IMG/VR virus record: IMGVR_UViG_3300025256_000001
Direction: 5' to 3' (one strand)
Origin: an uncultured virus (IMG/VR IMGVR_UViG_3300025256_000001)
Taxonomy: Duplodnaviria; Heunggongvirae; Uroviricota; Caudoviricetes
Length of the DNA stretch: 64,000 nt
Shown in pieces: positions 1-9,616 of this stretch. The notes under the pieces were generated by a model. It was not told where the DNA came from, searched no databases, and saw only the letters and a program-made list of their open reading frames with translations. The translations under genes were made by a program, and so were the position numbers. How positions within the stretch are numbered: the first letter of the stretch is position 1; each line of letters opens with the position of its first letter.

Positions 1-11
1 CGTCCGCCGAC

Positions 12-2171
12 ATGCCACAGGACCCGGTGTACGTCTATACCGCTGCCAACGTCATCGAGGGGCTGTTTACCTATTCGGACAGCGCCCGCAAGACTCGCTA
101 CACGACTGCGCAGGTCACATGGAACGACCCGCGCAATTTCTACCTGCCTACAGTCGAGTACGTGCAGAACGATGCCGCGCTCGCGCGCTACGGCATCCAG
201 CCGGTGTCTATCACCGCGTTTGGATGCACATCGCAAGGACAGGCGCAGCGAGCCGGGCAATGGGTGCTGCTGACGTCTCAGCTTGAGACGGACACGGTAG
301 TGTTTAAGGTTGGCCTTGACGGCATCATTGCGGCGCCCGGCCAGATCATTCGCGTACAGGACCCGAGCCGCGCAGGGAAGCGCCAAGGCGGCCGCATATC
401 GGCGGTTGTCGCCGGGGCGGGCACGACCATCATTACGGTTGACCGTGCGCCGGATGCGATCGCAATCGGCGACAGCCTAACGGTGGTACTGCCCACGGGC
501 GTGTCTGAAACGCAGACCGTGAAAGCCATCAACGGGAACGCGATTACGTGCGCACCTTTCTCAACATTGCCTGCCGTGCAATCGGTGTGGGTATCGGAAA
601 GCGCAACGCTTGAAGCGCAGACTTTCCGCGTGATATCCGTATCTGAGGACAAGTCTGACACGGATATCAGCTTCACCATCACGGCAGTGGAGCACAACAC
701 AAGCAAGTTCGACGCGATCGATAACGGAACGATCATCCAGATTCCGCCCATCAGCTCGCTGCCGTCGAGCATCCAAGGACCAGTCGCAAGCGTCACGTTG
801 AGCGGCAACGTCGTCGTAGCGCAGGGCATAGCGAACAATGTTCTGACGATAGCGTGGCCAGCAGCCACTGGCGCCGCGCAATATCAGGTGAAATGGAGAA
901 AGGACAATGGCGACTGGGTAAACGCCGGCACAGTTGCAAGCACGTCTTGCGATGTGCAGGGGATTTACACCGGTAATTACCAAGCGCGCGTTTGCGCCAT
1001 CAGCCCGGGAAACGTGGTTTCTGTGCCCACGCTCTCGGCCGTAACGCCAATCCAAGGCAAGACGGGCGCGCCGCCTTCACTCACCTTCTTGACGGCCAAG
1101 TCGCTCGTGTTTGGAATTGCTCTGCAGTGGGGATTTCCGCCGGTGGCGGAAGATTCGCAGCGCACCGAAATCTGGTATTCGCAGTCGCCAGACATCGCGA
1201 CTGCCTCAAAGCTCGGGGACTTTGCCTACCCACAGAACAGCAACCAGATGCTTGGCCTGGCTGCTGGCGTCTCGTTCTTCTTCTGGGGGCGCATCGTCGA
1301 TAAGACGGGCAACATTGGCCCTTGGTATCCCACCGGCGCCGGCGTCAACGGCCAGGCGAGCAGCGACGCAACTACCATTCTGAGTTACCTCGGCGGCCAG
1401 ATCGGCGAAACGCAGCTCGCGCAGGACCTGCTTGGGCCGATCAAGGCAATCACGCCTGACATGGCCGGCGATCCTTCCATCTTCGCCGGCGACACCACGA
1501 AATACGCAGGCGTCTGGAGCCAACTGTACGCCCAGCAAGACGGCGACAACGCGCTGGCCAAGCAAATCGACACGGTTGCAGCGTCAACCGCCGGATTTGG
1601 CGCGCTGGTGCAAACCGAAACGCAGGCACGCATCGATGGAGACAGCGCGCTCGCGTCCCAAGTAACCACGGTGCAGGCGACCGCGGGCAACGCGCAAGCG
1701 CTTGCACAAACCGCCGCGACAACGGCCGCGAACGTCAACGGTAGCGTGTCTGCCTCCTACCAGATCAAAGTCCAAATCGACCCAGGCACTGGTAAATACT
1801 ATGCCGCGGGCATGGCTATTGGCGTCGACAACTCCACGGGCATTGCTCAGTCGCAGATTTTGTTTCAGGCCGATCGCTTCGCGCTCATCGGCACCGCAAA
1901 TGGGAACATCGCAAGCCCCTTCGTAATCCAGAATGGCCAGACGTTCATAAACCAAGCCTTCATCGGTAGCGGCTGGATTACCAATGCGATGATCGGGAAC
2001 CAGATCGAATCTACGTCTGTGAACGCTGCTGGGTTGCCAACTTGGGAAATCAACAAGACCGGCACTCGCTATGTGCGCGGTGATCAATTCACGATCACCG
2101 AAGACTCGAACGGTTGGCGCATGACCAACTCGGGAGGCGTGGTAGTCATCGAAATGGGCGTACTCAGCTAA
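12..2171 (+). CDS. J: Lambda gpJ-like tail tip / host specificity protein (5' end lies outside the window)
   Basis: ANVIEGLFTYS..RKTRYTTAQVTWNDP, AFGCTSQGQAQRAGQWVL, FN3-like region, C-terminal DUF1983-like AGMAIG..SQILFQADRFA..PFVIQNGQTFI. Confidence 0.9.
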   Translation: MPQDPVYVYTAANVIEGLFTYSDSARKTRYTTAQVTWNDPRNFYLPTVEYVQNDAALARYGIQPVSITAFGCTSQGQAQRAGQWVLLTSQLETDTVVFKVGLDGIIAAPGQIIRVQDPSRAGKRQGGRISAVVAGAGTTIITVDRAPDAIAIGDSLTVVLPTGVSETQTVKAINGNAITCAPFSTLPAVQSVWVSESATLEAQTFRVISVSEDKSDTDISFTITAVEHNTSKFDAIDNGTIIQIPPISSLPSSIQGPVASVTLSGNVVVAQGIANNVLTIAWPAATGAAQYQVKWRKDNGDWVNAGTVASTSCDVQGIYTGNYQARVCAISPGNVVSVPTLSAVTPIQGKTGAPPSLTFLTAKSLVFGIALQWGFPPVAEDSQRTEIWYSQSPDIATASKLGDFAYPQNSNQMLGLAAGVSFFFWGRIVDKTGNIGPWYPTGAGVNGQASSDATTILSYLGGQIGETQLAQDLLGPIKAITPDMAGDPSIFAGDTTKYAGVWSQLYAQQDGDNALAKQIDTVAASTAGFGALVQTETQARIDGDSALASQVTTVQATAGNAQALAQTAATTAANVNGSVSASYQIKVQIDPGTGKYYAAGMAIGVDNSTGIAQSQILFQADRFALIGTANGNIASPFVIQNGQTFINQAFIGSGWITNAMIGNQIESTSVNAAGLPTWEINKTGTRYVRGDQFTITEDSNGWRMTNSGGVVVIEMGVLS

Positions 2172-3169
2172 TGGCCATGTATGGCCTGAGAACTAGGCAC
2201 CCAGTTACCGGTGCCGTACTGAGCGATCCCACTACTGGTTTGACTCGGGTGGTTGGCTCCGTGTATGTGTCCGCAAACAGCGCAGGATTCCTCGACGTTC
2301 CGGCTTTCTCAAGCGGAACACCATTTGCAGTAGGGTACGCGGGCGGCGTGCCGAATATTGGTTCAAGCCAGACCTACCCAGTGCACAGCATCAGCGGCAC
2401 ACGTCTTAGCTGGAACAGTGCGCCGTTGCCTACGACAATTGTTTATGGCGTGTACGCGGGTAATACCTCTGGCAAAACGGGGGCAGGGGCCGCGGCTGTG
2501 CGGTTCTACAACCAAAATTTCGCGACGCAGATAGATAGCTTTTACGTGAACCATTGTGTGCTCACGTCTGGCGCACTCAACATCCCCGCTAACGGCAGTT
2601 TCGCCATCACCATAGCGGCAACTTCGCCACTCGTTGCGTATCGGGGCACGTACCTAGTTACGGTGCTTCAGCAAGTAAAGAACGGGAACGGAACTTGGAC
2701 GCTAACCATCGGTGCGGGACCATATGGTGCCGTTGGAACGTATTACATATTTGACGTGGTGTCCGCATCATCTCAGATGTTTGCCACGCCCGTTGGTTTG
2801 CGTATTCGCAACCCGGCGAACAACGCCGTGGTCTTCGACAGCCGCATGAAATACATGCGCGTTGTCCAGATTGGTGATAACGCAGCCGATGGAGGCGTAC
2901 CGGCGAACCTATACACCACTGCGCTCAATCGCGACGGCCTAGCAGCAATTGTAGATCCGGGTCTTTGGTTCAATGAGACCACGCGCGAAAGCGAGGACCA
3001 GAACGGAAACCCGATCTTCACCGACGTGTACAGCCCCTATTTCGTTGGAGCTGGCGTCAATGGCACCACGCTAACTGAGGGCTCTGTTTCCGTAGGCAGT
3101 GAGTCCCCTGTCATTCCGGGCAACTCGCAAACGGGGCAAACGATCCTCGTTGACGTAACCAACTACTGA
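2171..3169 (+). CDS. Putative tail tip-associated protein
   Basis: Coupled to J by TAATG overlap; repeated (Y/V)GLRxRxP..VxD motif typical of genes downstream of J. Confidence 0.6.
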   Translation: MAMYGLRTRHPVTGAVLSDPTTGLTRVVGSVYVSANSAGFLDVPAFSSGTPFAVGYAGGVPNIGSSQTYPVHSISGTRLSWNSAPLPTTIVYGVYAGNTSGKTGAGAAAVRFYNQNFATQIDSFYVNHCVLTSGALNIPANGSFAITIAATSPLVAYRGTYLVTVLQQVKNGNGTWTLTIGAGPYGAVGTYYIFDVVSASSQMFATPVGLRIRNPANNAVVFDSRMKYMRVVQIGDNAADGGVPANLYTTALNRDGLAAIVDPGLWFNETTRESEDQNGNPIFTDVYSPYFVGAGVNGTTLTEGSVSVGSESPVIPGNSQTGQTILVDVTNY

Positions 3170-3176
3170 GGCATTC

Positions 3177-4349
3177 ATGGCACAGCAACATCTCAACTTC
3201 GGTACGGCCCCAGCCGGTACCGATGGCGACACCCTGCGGACTGCGCTCGGGAAAGTCGAATCGAACACCACTGAGCTTTATGCAAACGTTGCTTCAAACG
3301 TGGCAGCGATCTCTGCAAATACATCGTCGATAGGCGCCAATGCGACCGCGCTTGGCGTTTTATACGGCTTCAAGAATAAAGCCATCAACGGAAACTTCGA
3401 TATTTGGAAGCGCGGCACGACGTTAGTTATTGCTGCGGGTGGCATCGGATACATTGCCGATCGTTTTAACAATCAAAGCTTTGGTGGAACTTCGGCTAAC
3501 GTTTCGCAGCAAGCCTTTCTGCCTGGGCAGACAGCCGTTCCAAATAACCCGCAGTTTTTTATTCGCCATGTCGTTACCAGTGTGGCAGGCGCTGCGAACG
3601 GATATCGCATGCAGCAAAAGATCGAAGGGGTTGCTAGATTATCTGGTAAAACCATTACGGTTTCTTTCTGGGGTAAGGCTGATGCAAACCGTAACATGTG
3701 CCTTCAAACAACGCAGTCGTTCGGAACAGGAGGGTCTCCATCGGCAAATAATGAAATCGTCGGAACGACATGCGCACTTACTACTGCTTGGCAAAAATTT
3801 TCCGTAACCGTAGTTGTGCCTAGCATTCTTGGTAAGACGCTAGGCACAAACAATAATGATGCGTTTGTTATTCAATTCTGGTTTGATGCAGGATCGAACC
3901 AAAACGCATTGACGAATAATCTCGGACAGCAATCAGGTACGTTCGATATCGCTCAGGTGCAGGTGGAAGAAGGTGCCTTTGCTACAACGTTCGACATCAG
4001 GCCAATCGGTATCGAGTGGCTCTTGTGTTCGAGGTATTGCAACGTATTTAACATGAGCGCGGGTGTTGCATTTGCCGTTGGCGTTCAATATAGCTCTACA
4101 AATTCATTTATAATGCTGAACGTTATAACGGATATGCGTGCATCTCCATCTATGACTATAACTGGTGGAGGAATAGGGTGGACTGGCGATGGCACCACCA
4201 ATGCGAGCAATCCTGTAATAAACACCAGCAACGCCACATTTAATCAGTTTGCCTTGGTGTTTACGATTAGTGGTGCGACAGTTGGGCGCGCAGGATATGC
4301 GTCTGCGAAGACTGGTGGTGCTGTTATTATTCTCGATGCGGAACTTTGA
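3177..4349 (+). CDS. Tail fibre/spike with carbohydrate-binding-like domain
   Basis: N-terminal GTAPAGTDGDTLRTALGKVESN anchor; KNKAINGNFDIW..ADRF..AQVQVEEGAFATTF..LCSRY motif series. Confidence 0.75.
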   Translation: MAQQHLNFGTAPAGTDGDTLRTALGKVESNTTELYANVASNVAAISANTSSIGANATALGVLYGFKNKAINGNFDIWKRGTTLVIAAGGIGYIADRFNNQSFGGTSANVSQQAFLPGQTAVPNNPQFFIRHVVTSVAGAANGYRMQQKIEGVARLSGKTITVSFWGKADANRNMCLQTTQSFGTGGSPSANNEIVGTTCALTTAWQKFSVTVVVPSILGKTLGTNNNDAFVIQFWFDAGSNQNALTNNLGQQSGTFDIAQVQVEEGAFATTFDIRPIGIEWLLCSRYCNVFNMSAGVAFAVGVQYSSTNSFIMLNVITDMRASPSMTITGGGIGWTGDGTTNASNPVINTSNATFNQFALVFTISGATVGRAGYASAKTGGAVIILDAEL

Positions 4350-4861
4350 GCATGAGCGATTACCAATTACTCAATAGTCCCGGTTGTATCATTCGTTTGT
4401 CCGACGGTGCATGCATCCCCGCAGACGAAAGCAATCGCGATTATGAAGCCTATCTCGATTGGTGCGCGGCCGGCGGTATTCCCGTCCCTGCGCCACTTGT
4501 TACCGTTAACGACATCATAGGCGAGTTCCTGCCTCAGCTTCAGGCCTGGCTCGATGGTGTTGCAAAGCAGAACGGCTATGACAGCTCGTTGTCCTGCATT
4601 TCGTACCTCGACTGCACGGTGGCGCAATGGGCGGCTGATGCTGCGGCCATGAAGGCCTATCGTGCCGCACTCTGGACATGGGCATACGCGCAGCAAGTGA
4701 CGCTCGATGCAATGACGCCCGAGCAGCTTGCGGCAATCACAGTTGACCAGATCATCGCGCAGGCGCCAAAGGCTTCGGATTATGGTTGGGTCGTGCATGC
4801 CACGCCGGCTGCTTCCGCGGCCGCAACGTCAGCCCCCGCCGCCTCGCCGGCTACCGCCTGA
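4346..4861 (+). CDS. Putative tail fibre assembly/chaperone protein
   Basis: IIRLSDGACIPADESNRDYEAYLDW motif; directly downstream of the fibre gene. Confidence 0.6.
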   Translation: MSMSDYQLLNSPGCIIRLSDGACIPADESNRDYEAYLDWCAAGGIPVPAPLVTVNDIIGEFLPQLQAWLDGVAKQNGYDSSLSCISYLDCTVAQWAADAAAMKAYRAALWTWAYAQQVTLDAMTPEQLAAITVDQIIAQAPKASDYGWVVHATPAASAAATSAPAASPATA

Positions 4862-4867
4862 TCGACC

Positions 4868-5320
4868 TCAGCCGTTTCGAGCGATCCACCACCCCAATTC
4901 GTCGATCGAAGCATCCCAGCCTGGACGAACAAGCGGTTTTTCCCGTGGTGGCCGCTCTTTGGCCGTGCCCCAGCTATAGCCCATTGGCTGGACCGAGATG
5001 CGCCGCCAGTTGAAGCACGTCCAGCGTTCTAGCTGTTGGATTGCGCGATACCGACTGCCGTACGTCGCATCGAAGTTCGGCGTGCCGTCCCGCCCGCGCG
5101 GAAAGATCGACACCGCCCACTGCCCGGTCGGTCGCTTGGACACTTTCCCAAAAGTCACGCTCAGGGTTGGTGAGCTCAGGCGCGCATGCCAGGTGTCCAT
5201 GAAGAAGTTGCCTTCGATCCAGAGGCGTTCCCATTCGATGGTGACTGCAGCCGTCGGATGGCCGCCGCGGGCGCCGGGCTCAAGGATGCGTCGGATGGTG
5301 GTGCGCTGTTCGAAATCCAT
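4868..5320 (-). CDS. Hypothetical protein divergent from SRAP
   Basis: Open frame from ATG 5320 (MDFEQRTT); start chosen by eye. Confidence 0.45.
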   Translation of the reverse strand: MDFEQRTTIRRILEPGARGGHPTAAVTIEWERLWIEGNFFMDTWHARLSSPTLSVTFGKVSKRPTGQWAVSIFPRGRDGTPNFDATYGSRYRAIQQLERWTCFNWRRISVQPMGYSWGTAKERPPREKPLVRPGWDASIDELGWWIARNG

Positions 5321-5401
5321 GCCGGCAGGGTAGGCCGAGCCCGTCTCACGCCGCGGGAGCGGCCGTGCCATGATGTCCGTCCCGGCCCACGGAGCCAGGC
5401 C

Positions 5402-6406
5402 ATGTGCTACTCGGCCCAAATCTACGCGGACTTCAGGAAGTACGAACGGTTGGGCGGCATGCTCGACCTTGGTGCCTTCGTGAAGATGTTCTGGGAGCGC
5501 AAGAAGAGCGGGGACTGGGTGCGCAAGGTGCCCAAGGCGATGCGGGATTCCTTCGCCAATCCGCGCAACGCCGGCGAGGCCGAGCTCAACGCCATAGCGA
5601 TCGAGGCCGACCGCGCCGCGGCCGTGGCCCTCGAGAAAGAGATCGCCGAGCAGACCGAGCGCCTGGCCAAGGCCCAGGCCATCCTGGCTTCACCCAAACC
5701 CACCAAGAAAGCTGAAACCGACCAGCGTGTCGCCACGAACAAGATCGCCGCCGCCAAGGCGAAGCTGACCGAGCTGGGCCGCGCTGCGAATGCCGACGGC
5801 CTCGGCCGCATCTGGCCAGGGTCATATTGCCCGGTCCTGATCCGCGACCATGCCACGGGCGAGCGCCTGATCGTGCCGATGCGCTACCGCTGCCGGCTCT
5901 ACGGCTGGACGGCCAAGGAAGAGGCGCTGAAGCCGGGGACTTACAATGCCAGGCGCGACAAGCTGTCGACGGTCTGGAAAAAGCTCTTCGGCTACAACCA
6001 CGGCATCGTCGTGGCCAGCCGCTTCTATGAGTCGGTCAGCCTGCACCGCCTACAGCAGCGCGAGCTGGCGCCAGGCGAGAAAGACATCAGTGTTGAGATT
6101 CAGTTTGAGCCAGAGCCCAAGCAAGACCTGTTGCTAGCGTGCCTCTGGCGCTACGTCGAGCCGGCCGAGGATGATGAAGGGGAGGGCTTCTATTCCTTCG
6201 CCATTGTCACCAGGGACCCGCCGCCGGAGGTTCAGGCTGCCGGACACGATAGGTGCGTGATTGCTATCCGGCCCGAGAACCTGAACACGTGGCTTGATCC
6301 CGATCCCAGCAATCTGGCTGCTTCCTGCGCGATCTTGGACGACCCCGTCGACGCCTACTATCAACATGAGTTGGTAACCAACGAGTCTGAGGGGCGTGAC
6401 CTGTAA
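5402..6406 (+). CDS. SOS response-associated peptidase (SRAP/HMCES, DUF159) family, abasic-site protection
   Basis: N-terminal MC (catalytic Cys2), GTYNARRD, FYE, GHDRC motifs. Confidence 0.9.
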   Translation: MCYSAQIYADFRKYERLGGMLDLGAFVKMFWERKKSGDWVRKVPKAMRDSFANPRNAGEAELNAIAIEADRAAAVALEKEIAEQTERLAKAQAILASPKPTKKAETDQRVATNKIAAAKAKLTELGRAANADGLGRIWPGSYCPVLIRDHATGERLIVPMRYRCRLYGWTAKEEALKPGTYNARRDKLSTVWKKLFGYNHGIVVASRFYESVSLHRLQQRELAPGEKDISVEIQFEPEPKQDLLLACLWRYVEPAEDDEGEGFYSFAIVTRDPPPEVQAAGHDRCVIAIRPENLNTWLDPDPSNLAASCAILDDPVDAYYQHELVTNESEGRDL

Positions 6407-6671
6407 GCATTAGCAAAGCGATCCGGGCAATTGCTCATGGTCCTATCGCGCTAAGTCACTGATTAACAGGTTAAAAGTCTTTCATCGTTTCGGCTTTCGT
6501 AGAACTACATCGAGCTAGCTAGACGATTTCCAGTGCCTTGTGATGTTTTAATTCAACGTGGCTAGTTGATTTCTGTTCCGCGACTGGAGTAGGATTCATC
6601 CTGCCACCACGTGGGTGGCGACCTACAATTCGGACACTAGGCAAATCACTTCGAGACCCAAAGGGGCAAGC

Positions 6672-7061
6672 ATGAGTAACGCTCTCACTCCATTAGGCAA
6701 AGAGCTCAGGAAGCTGCGTATTGACGCGCTGGAGCGTATTGCCGACCTGGCTCGGGCACTGCGTTGCACGGCGTCATTTATCAGTGCAGTAGAACTGGGG
6801 AAGCGCTCCCCTCCTGAAGACTTCTTGCAAGGCATCGTTCATCACTACAACTTGGATGCTGCAGCAGAGGCGCGGTTACGAAATTTGGCCGCGCTATCGA
6901 CTACAGCTGTTCGAATCGACTTAACGGAGGGCACCAGCGATAGATCACGAGAATTGGCGGTAGCTTTTGCGCGCGCATTTCCCACGATCGATAGCGAGAA
7001 GGCAGCAAAGCTACTTGAAACGTTAACTTGGCCAAATAACCAGAAAGGGCAAAAACGATGA
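6672..7061 (+). CDS. XRE-family helix-turn-helix regulator
   Basis: LGKELRKLRI..DLARALRCTASFISAVELGKRSPP; GGGG RBS before ATG. Confidence 0.85.
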   Translation: MSNALTPLGKELRKLRIDALERIADLARALRCTASFISAVELGKRSPPEDFLQGIVHHYNLDAAAEARLRNLAALSTTAVRIDLTEGTSDRSRELAVAFARAFPTIDSEKAAKLLETLTWPNNQKGQKR

Positions 7062-7612
7062 CAGGCTTTCGCCGGCGCGTGCCAGGTCGTAGGCGTGCTG
7101 ATATCAGCACGCACGCGAACCTGCTCCGCAATCATTTTTCACTTATTGCAGGTGACAGTCCCGACGCCTTCCCGGTCGTCGAGTACGTAGAGTTTGTGTT
7201 GCCGCAGGTGATGGACGACTTCGTGCTGGAGATCGTCGACGACCATGAAATGCCGGGAATGGAAGGGGCAACCTGGCCAGACAAGCTGCATATGAAATTG
7301 CCGCGGTCCGTCTACGAGAGGGCTGCGGCAAATGACGGCCGCGCACGATTTACGGTTAGCCACGAGTTGGGGCATCTCCTTCTCCATCAGGGGGTGCCCT
7401 TTTTTCGAGAGACGCACCAGTCGCAGACGATTGCCCCCTATGAATGTTCAGAGTGGCAAGCAAACGAATTTGCAGCGTCCCTACTGATGCCCGAAGAAGT
7501 CGTCAAGGCTTGCGGGTCAGTCCGGGACATTATGGAGCGCTGCGGCGTCTCGCAGACTGCAGCAGTAAACCGGTTGAAGGTTCTAAAAATGGTAAAGCCA
7601 CGTGGCTGGTAA
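7058..7612 (+). CDS. ImmA/IrrE family zinc metallopeptidase
   Basis: RARFTVSHELGHLLLH (HExxH) and EWQANEFAASLLMP; ATGA overlap with the HTH gene. Confidence 0.9.
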   Translation: MTGFRRRVPGRRRADISTHANLLRNHFSLIAGDSPDAFPVVEYVEFVLPQVMDDFVLEIVDDHEMPGMEGATWPDKLHMKLPRSVYERAAANDGRARFTVSHELGHLLLHQGVPFFRETHQSQTIAPYECSEWQANEFAASLLMPEEVVKACGSVRDIMERCGVSQTAAVNRLKVLKMVKPRGW

Positions 7613-7737
7613 CCACGTGGCCCTAGGTTTCGACGATTGGAAGGCGTCGAACTTGTTTCTGGAGCACTGTCAGGTGCGGCCCCGAGTGTACGGTCGCATG
7701 CCTCCTAGAAGCAAGAAAAATCATCTTCCTGGAGGAG

Positions 7738-7887
7738 GTGTTATGTATCCGTCCGATTAATGTGAAGGCAGCCCCTAAAGGGTTCAAGTGGGTATTCTGT
7801 CGCTTCCGTCGCGTACGCAACTCGAAAAAGGTGCTTGACGCGTGGGACTACGGCTACACCGCCTGGGCCTTTTTGGTGCGTTGTTAA
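7738..7887 (+). CDS. Small basic/aromatic peptide (41-49 aa; start GTG 7738 or GTG 7762 uncertain)
   Basis: Hand translation ..KAAPKGFKWVFCRFRRVRNSKKVLDAWDYGYTAWAFLVRC*; GGAGGAGG upstream; hairpin directly downstream; below the ORF-track length cutoff. Confidence 0.6.
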   Translation: MLCIRPINVKAAPKGFKWVFCRFRRVRNSKKVLDAWDYGYTAWAFLVRC

Positions 7888-7898
7888 TTGAAGAAGCC

Positions 7899-7932
7899 TC
7901 ACTCCCGCGCCGACACTCCGACGCGGGAGTGA
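7899..7932 (+). terminator. Stem-loop after the small ORF
   Basis: TCACTCCCGCG ... CGCGGGAGTGA 11-bp perfect stem; no U-tract. Confidence 0.45.
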
Positions 7933-8079
7933 CACATGCTCTCGCACATCACTCCGGCGATCGCGTTGACTGCTTTGCGCGTAAAACCTGCCATCGATGC
8001 CGCATTGATACGTAGCAAATTACCCCTTTTTGCGTAAATCGATGTGCGCCAACTATCTGAAAAGTAAAAAAATCGGGAT

Positions 8080-8127
8080 TGACTGTTAATCAGGGGGTCG
8101 TTGGTTCGAGTCCAACTTCGGGCGCCA
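8080..8127 (+). tRNA. tRNA-Asn(GTT) 3' fragment only (att remnant, not an intact gene)
   Basis: TGACTGTTAATC anticodon arm, GTTGG-TTCGAGT-CCAAC T-arm, GCCA end; upstream sequence has no D-arm or acceptor 5' strand. Confidence 0.9.
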
Positions 8128-8162
8128 GATATATCAAGGGCTTGCGAGCTTCGCAGGCCCTT
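8080..8162 (+). repeat. att core copy 1 (83 bp direct repeat)
   Basis: Identical to 52521-52603; includes tRNA 3' half, IHF consensus TATCAAGGGCTTG and a terminator-like hairpin. Confidence 0.95.
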
Positions 8163-8195
8163 TTTATTTGGGCGCGTATAAAAACACGTATAAAA

Positions 8196-9380
8196 TTAAC
8201 CGATATCAGTCACTTCTCCGGCGGGTTCGACCAGGGGGACTTCATGGTCGTAGCGATGGACCATGCGTCGTTCTACGTGACCACTAGCTTGCTGCTTCTT
8301 GTCAGGCGTGCCTTCTGTATCCGTGATTCCGCGGTGCTTGAGCCCATGTAGACCGAAGCGCTCTGCATCTGTGATAAGTTTGGCTTCCATCGCGATTTCA
8401 ATGCCGCGTGCCCATGCGCTCTTGAGTGCTTCCTTCGAAACACGTGCACCATCTTCGGCGATGATCAACGGCCGATCTTCAGCGCGAAGTGGTACGGGTC
8501 TTCGCCTTTTCGCCCATATTGCATTCCGCCTTTGCACTAAAAAGTCCCATGCCTCGCGTAATGCAGGAATCCAGCGGGTGACGTTGTCGCGACTCCCCTT
8601 TACGCGATCGACATAGATGCCCTCCTGCAATGCATCAGCATCCGACAACTTACGTACTTCGACGTTACGCATGCGGCAGCGGTAAGCAATTTCCGCGACC
8701 GCCCATAAGTAGGGCGACAGCGACCCTTTACGTCGACTGGGAAGGGTTCCACGACGCCGCCAAAGCGCGATGACTGCACGCATGGTGACGAGCTCTGGCA
8801 TGCGGGGATCCGCTCGTTCGGTGGCGGCTTCTACCCCCGATGCCGGATTCTCATTGCTAAAGCCGCGGTTGATTCCCCACTCGAATGCGCGTGACAGGTA
8901 GCGCAAGACGTGATTTGCCTTAGATGGTGTTGGCTTCGGATAACTACCGTCACGTGCCCGTTCGCCCTTTGCTAGCTCGTCAATGAGCTTTTGCACTATG
9001 GGCCGAGTGATGCGCTTGCGATTGAGCTTTGCAAAGGGCACACCTAGCTTTGTCTGGAAAGTCTGAACCACGCGTCGGCAATATCGATAATCATCCCGGG
9101 TTGCTTCCTTCAAGGCTTTGAACTTATCGGACTGTTCAAATTGCTCGAGCATGTAATCGAGCATTTGCTCGTCCAATCCCGACAATTCGTCAGCGATGCG
9201 GAACAAGTCCGACAGAAGTGCTGTCTTGTCGGCAATTTTTTTGCTCCGGGACTTGCCGTCGACATAAATCGTGTACCAAAAATGCCGTTGACGGTGCCAA
9301 TAGACGCCGTTAGGGATCTTCGCCTGATCAATATGTCGTGGAATAGTAGGGTCGTATTTACGCTTCCTGCCGCGAGTCAT
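8196..9380 (-). CDS. int: Tyrosine integrase of the P2-like prophage
   Basis: AYRCRMR, RVKGS, FGLHGLKHRG, ASGH, HRYDH catalytic-motif series; adjacent to att. Confidence 0.92.
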   Translation of the reverse strand: MTRGRKRKYDPTIPRHIDQAKIPNGVYWHRQRHFWYTIYVDGKSRSKKIADKTALLSDLFRIADELSGLDEQMLDYMLEQFEQSDKFKALKEATRDDYRYCRRVVQTFQTKLGVPFAKLNRKRITRPIVQKLIDELAKGERARDGSYPKPTPSKANHVLRYLSRAFEWGINRGFSNENPASGVEAATERADPRMPELVTMRAVIALWRRRGTLPSRRKGSLSPYLWAVAEIAYRCRMRNVEVRKLSDADALQEGIYVDRVKGSRDNVTRWIPALREAWDFLVQRRNAIWAKRRRPVPLRAEDRPLIIAEDGARVSKEALKSAWARGIEIAMEAKLITDAERFGLHGLKHRGITDTEGTPDKKQQASGHVERRMVHRYDHEVPLVEPAGEVTDIG

Positions 9381-9589
9381 AGGATGTCCGGGCTGTACGC
9401 TACATCATTGCGTGCTTCCGCAATTCCCAGCGAAGCGTTTACCGCTTGAATCGTCGTCCATGGACCATTGGCTCCATCCTTGAGAGCGATACCCTGTCGA
9501 CGTGCCCATCTACGCACTGCGGCTTCCGTGCGTTTGCCCGAAAGCGTACGAAGTAGCTCAGCATCAACGATATGATGGTTCTTGTTCAT
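9377..9589 (-). CDS. Putative excisionase / recombination directionality factor (DUF4224-like)
   Basis: 70 aa small DNA-binding-like protein overlapping the int start; homologue at 53768-53986. Confidence 0.65.
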   Translation of the reverse strand: MNKNHHIVDAELLRTLSGKRTEAAVRRWARRQGIALKDGANGPWTTIQAVNASLGIAEARNDVAYSPDIL

Positions 9590-9616
9590 GAGGCTCTTTT
9601 CTCCCTGTTTTGCTTT

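Larger units (their letters stand above)
1..8079. mobile_element. Distal end of a lambdoid prophage (tail tip/fibre genes and accessory module), bounded by the att core at 8080
   Basis: Tail tip J-like gene, fibre genes, SRAP, then the tRNA-Asn 3' fragment. Confidence 0.85.

Noticed and set aside
8080..8127. Intact tRNA-Asn gene
   Set aside because: Neither copy has the 5' acceptor strand or D-arm upstream
8079..8351. 90-aa ORF starting in the tRNA fragment (and 52490-52705 on the minus strand)
   Set aside because: Translation of tRNA/att sequence and antisense to int
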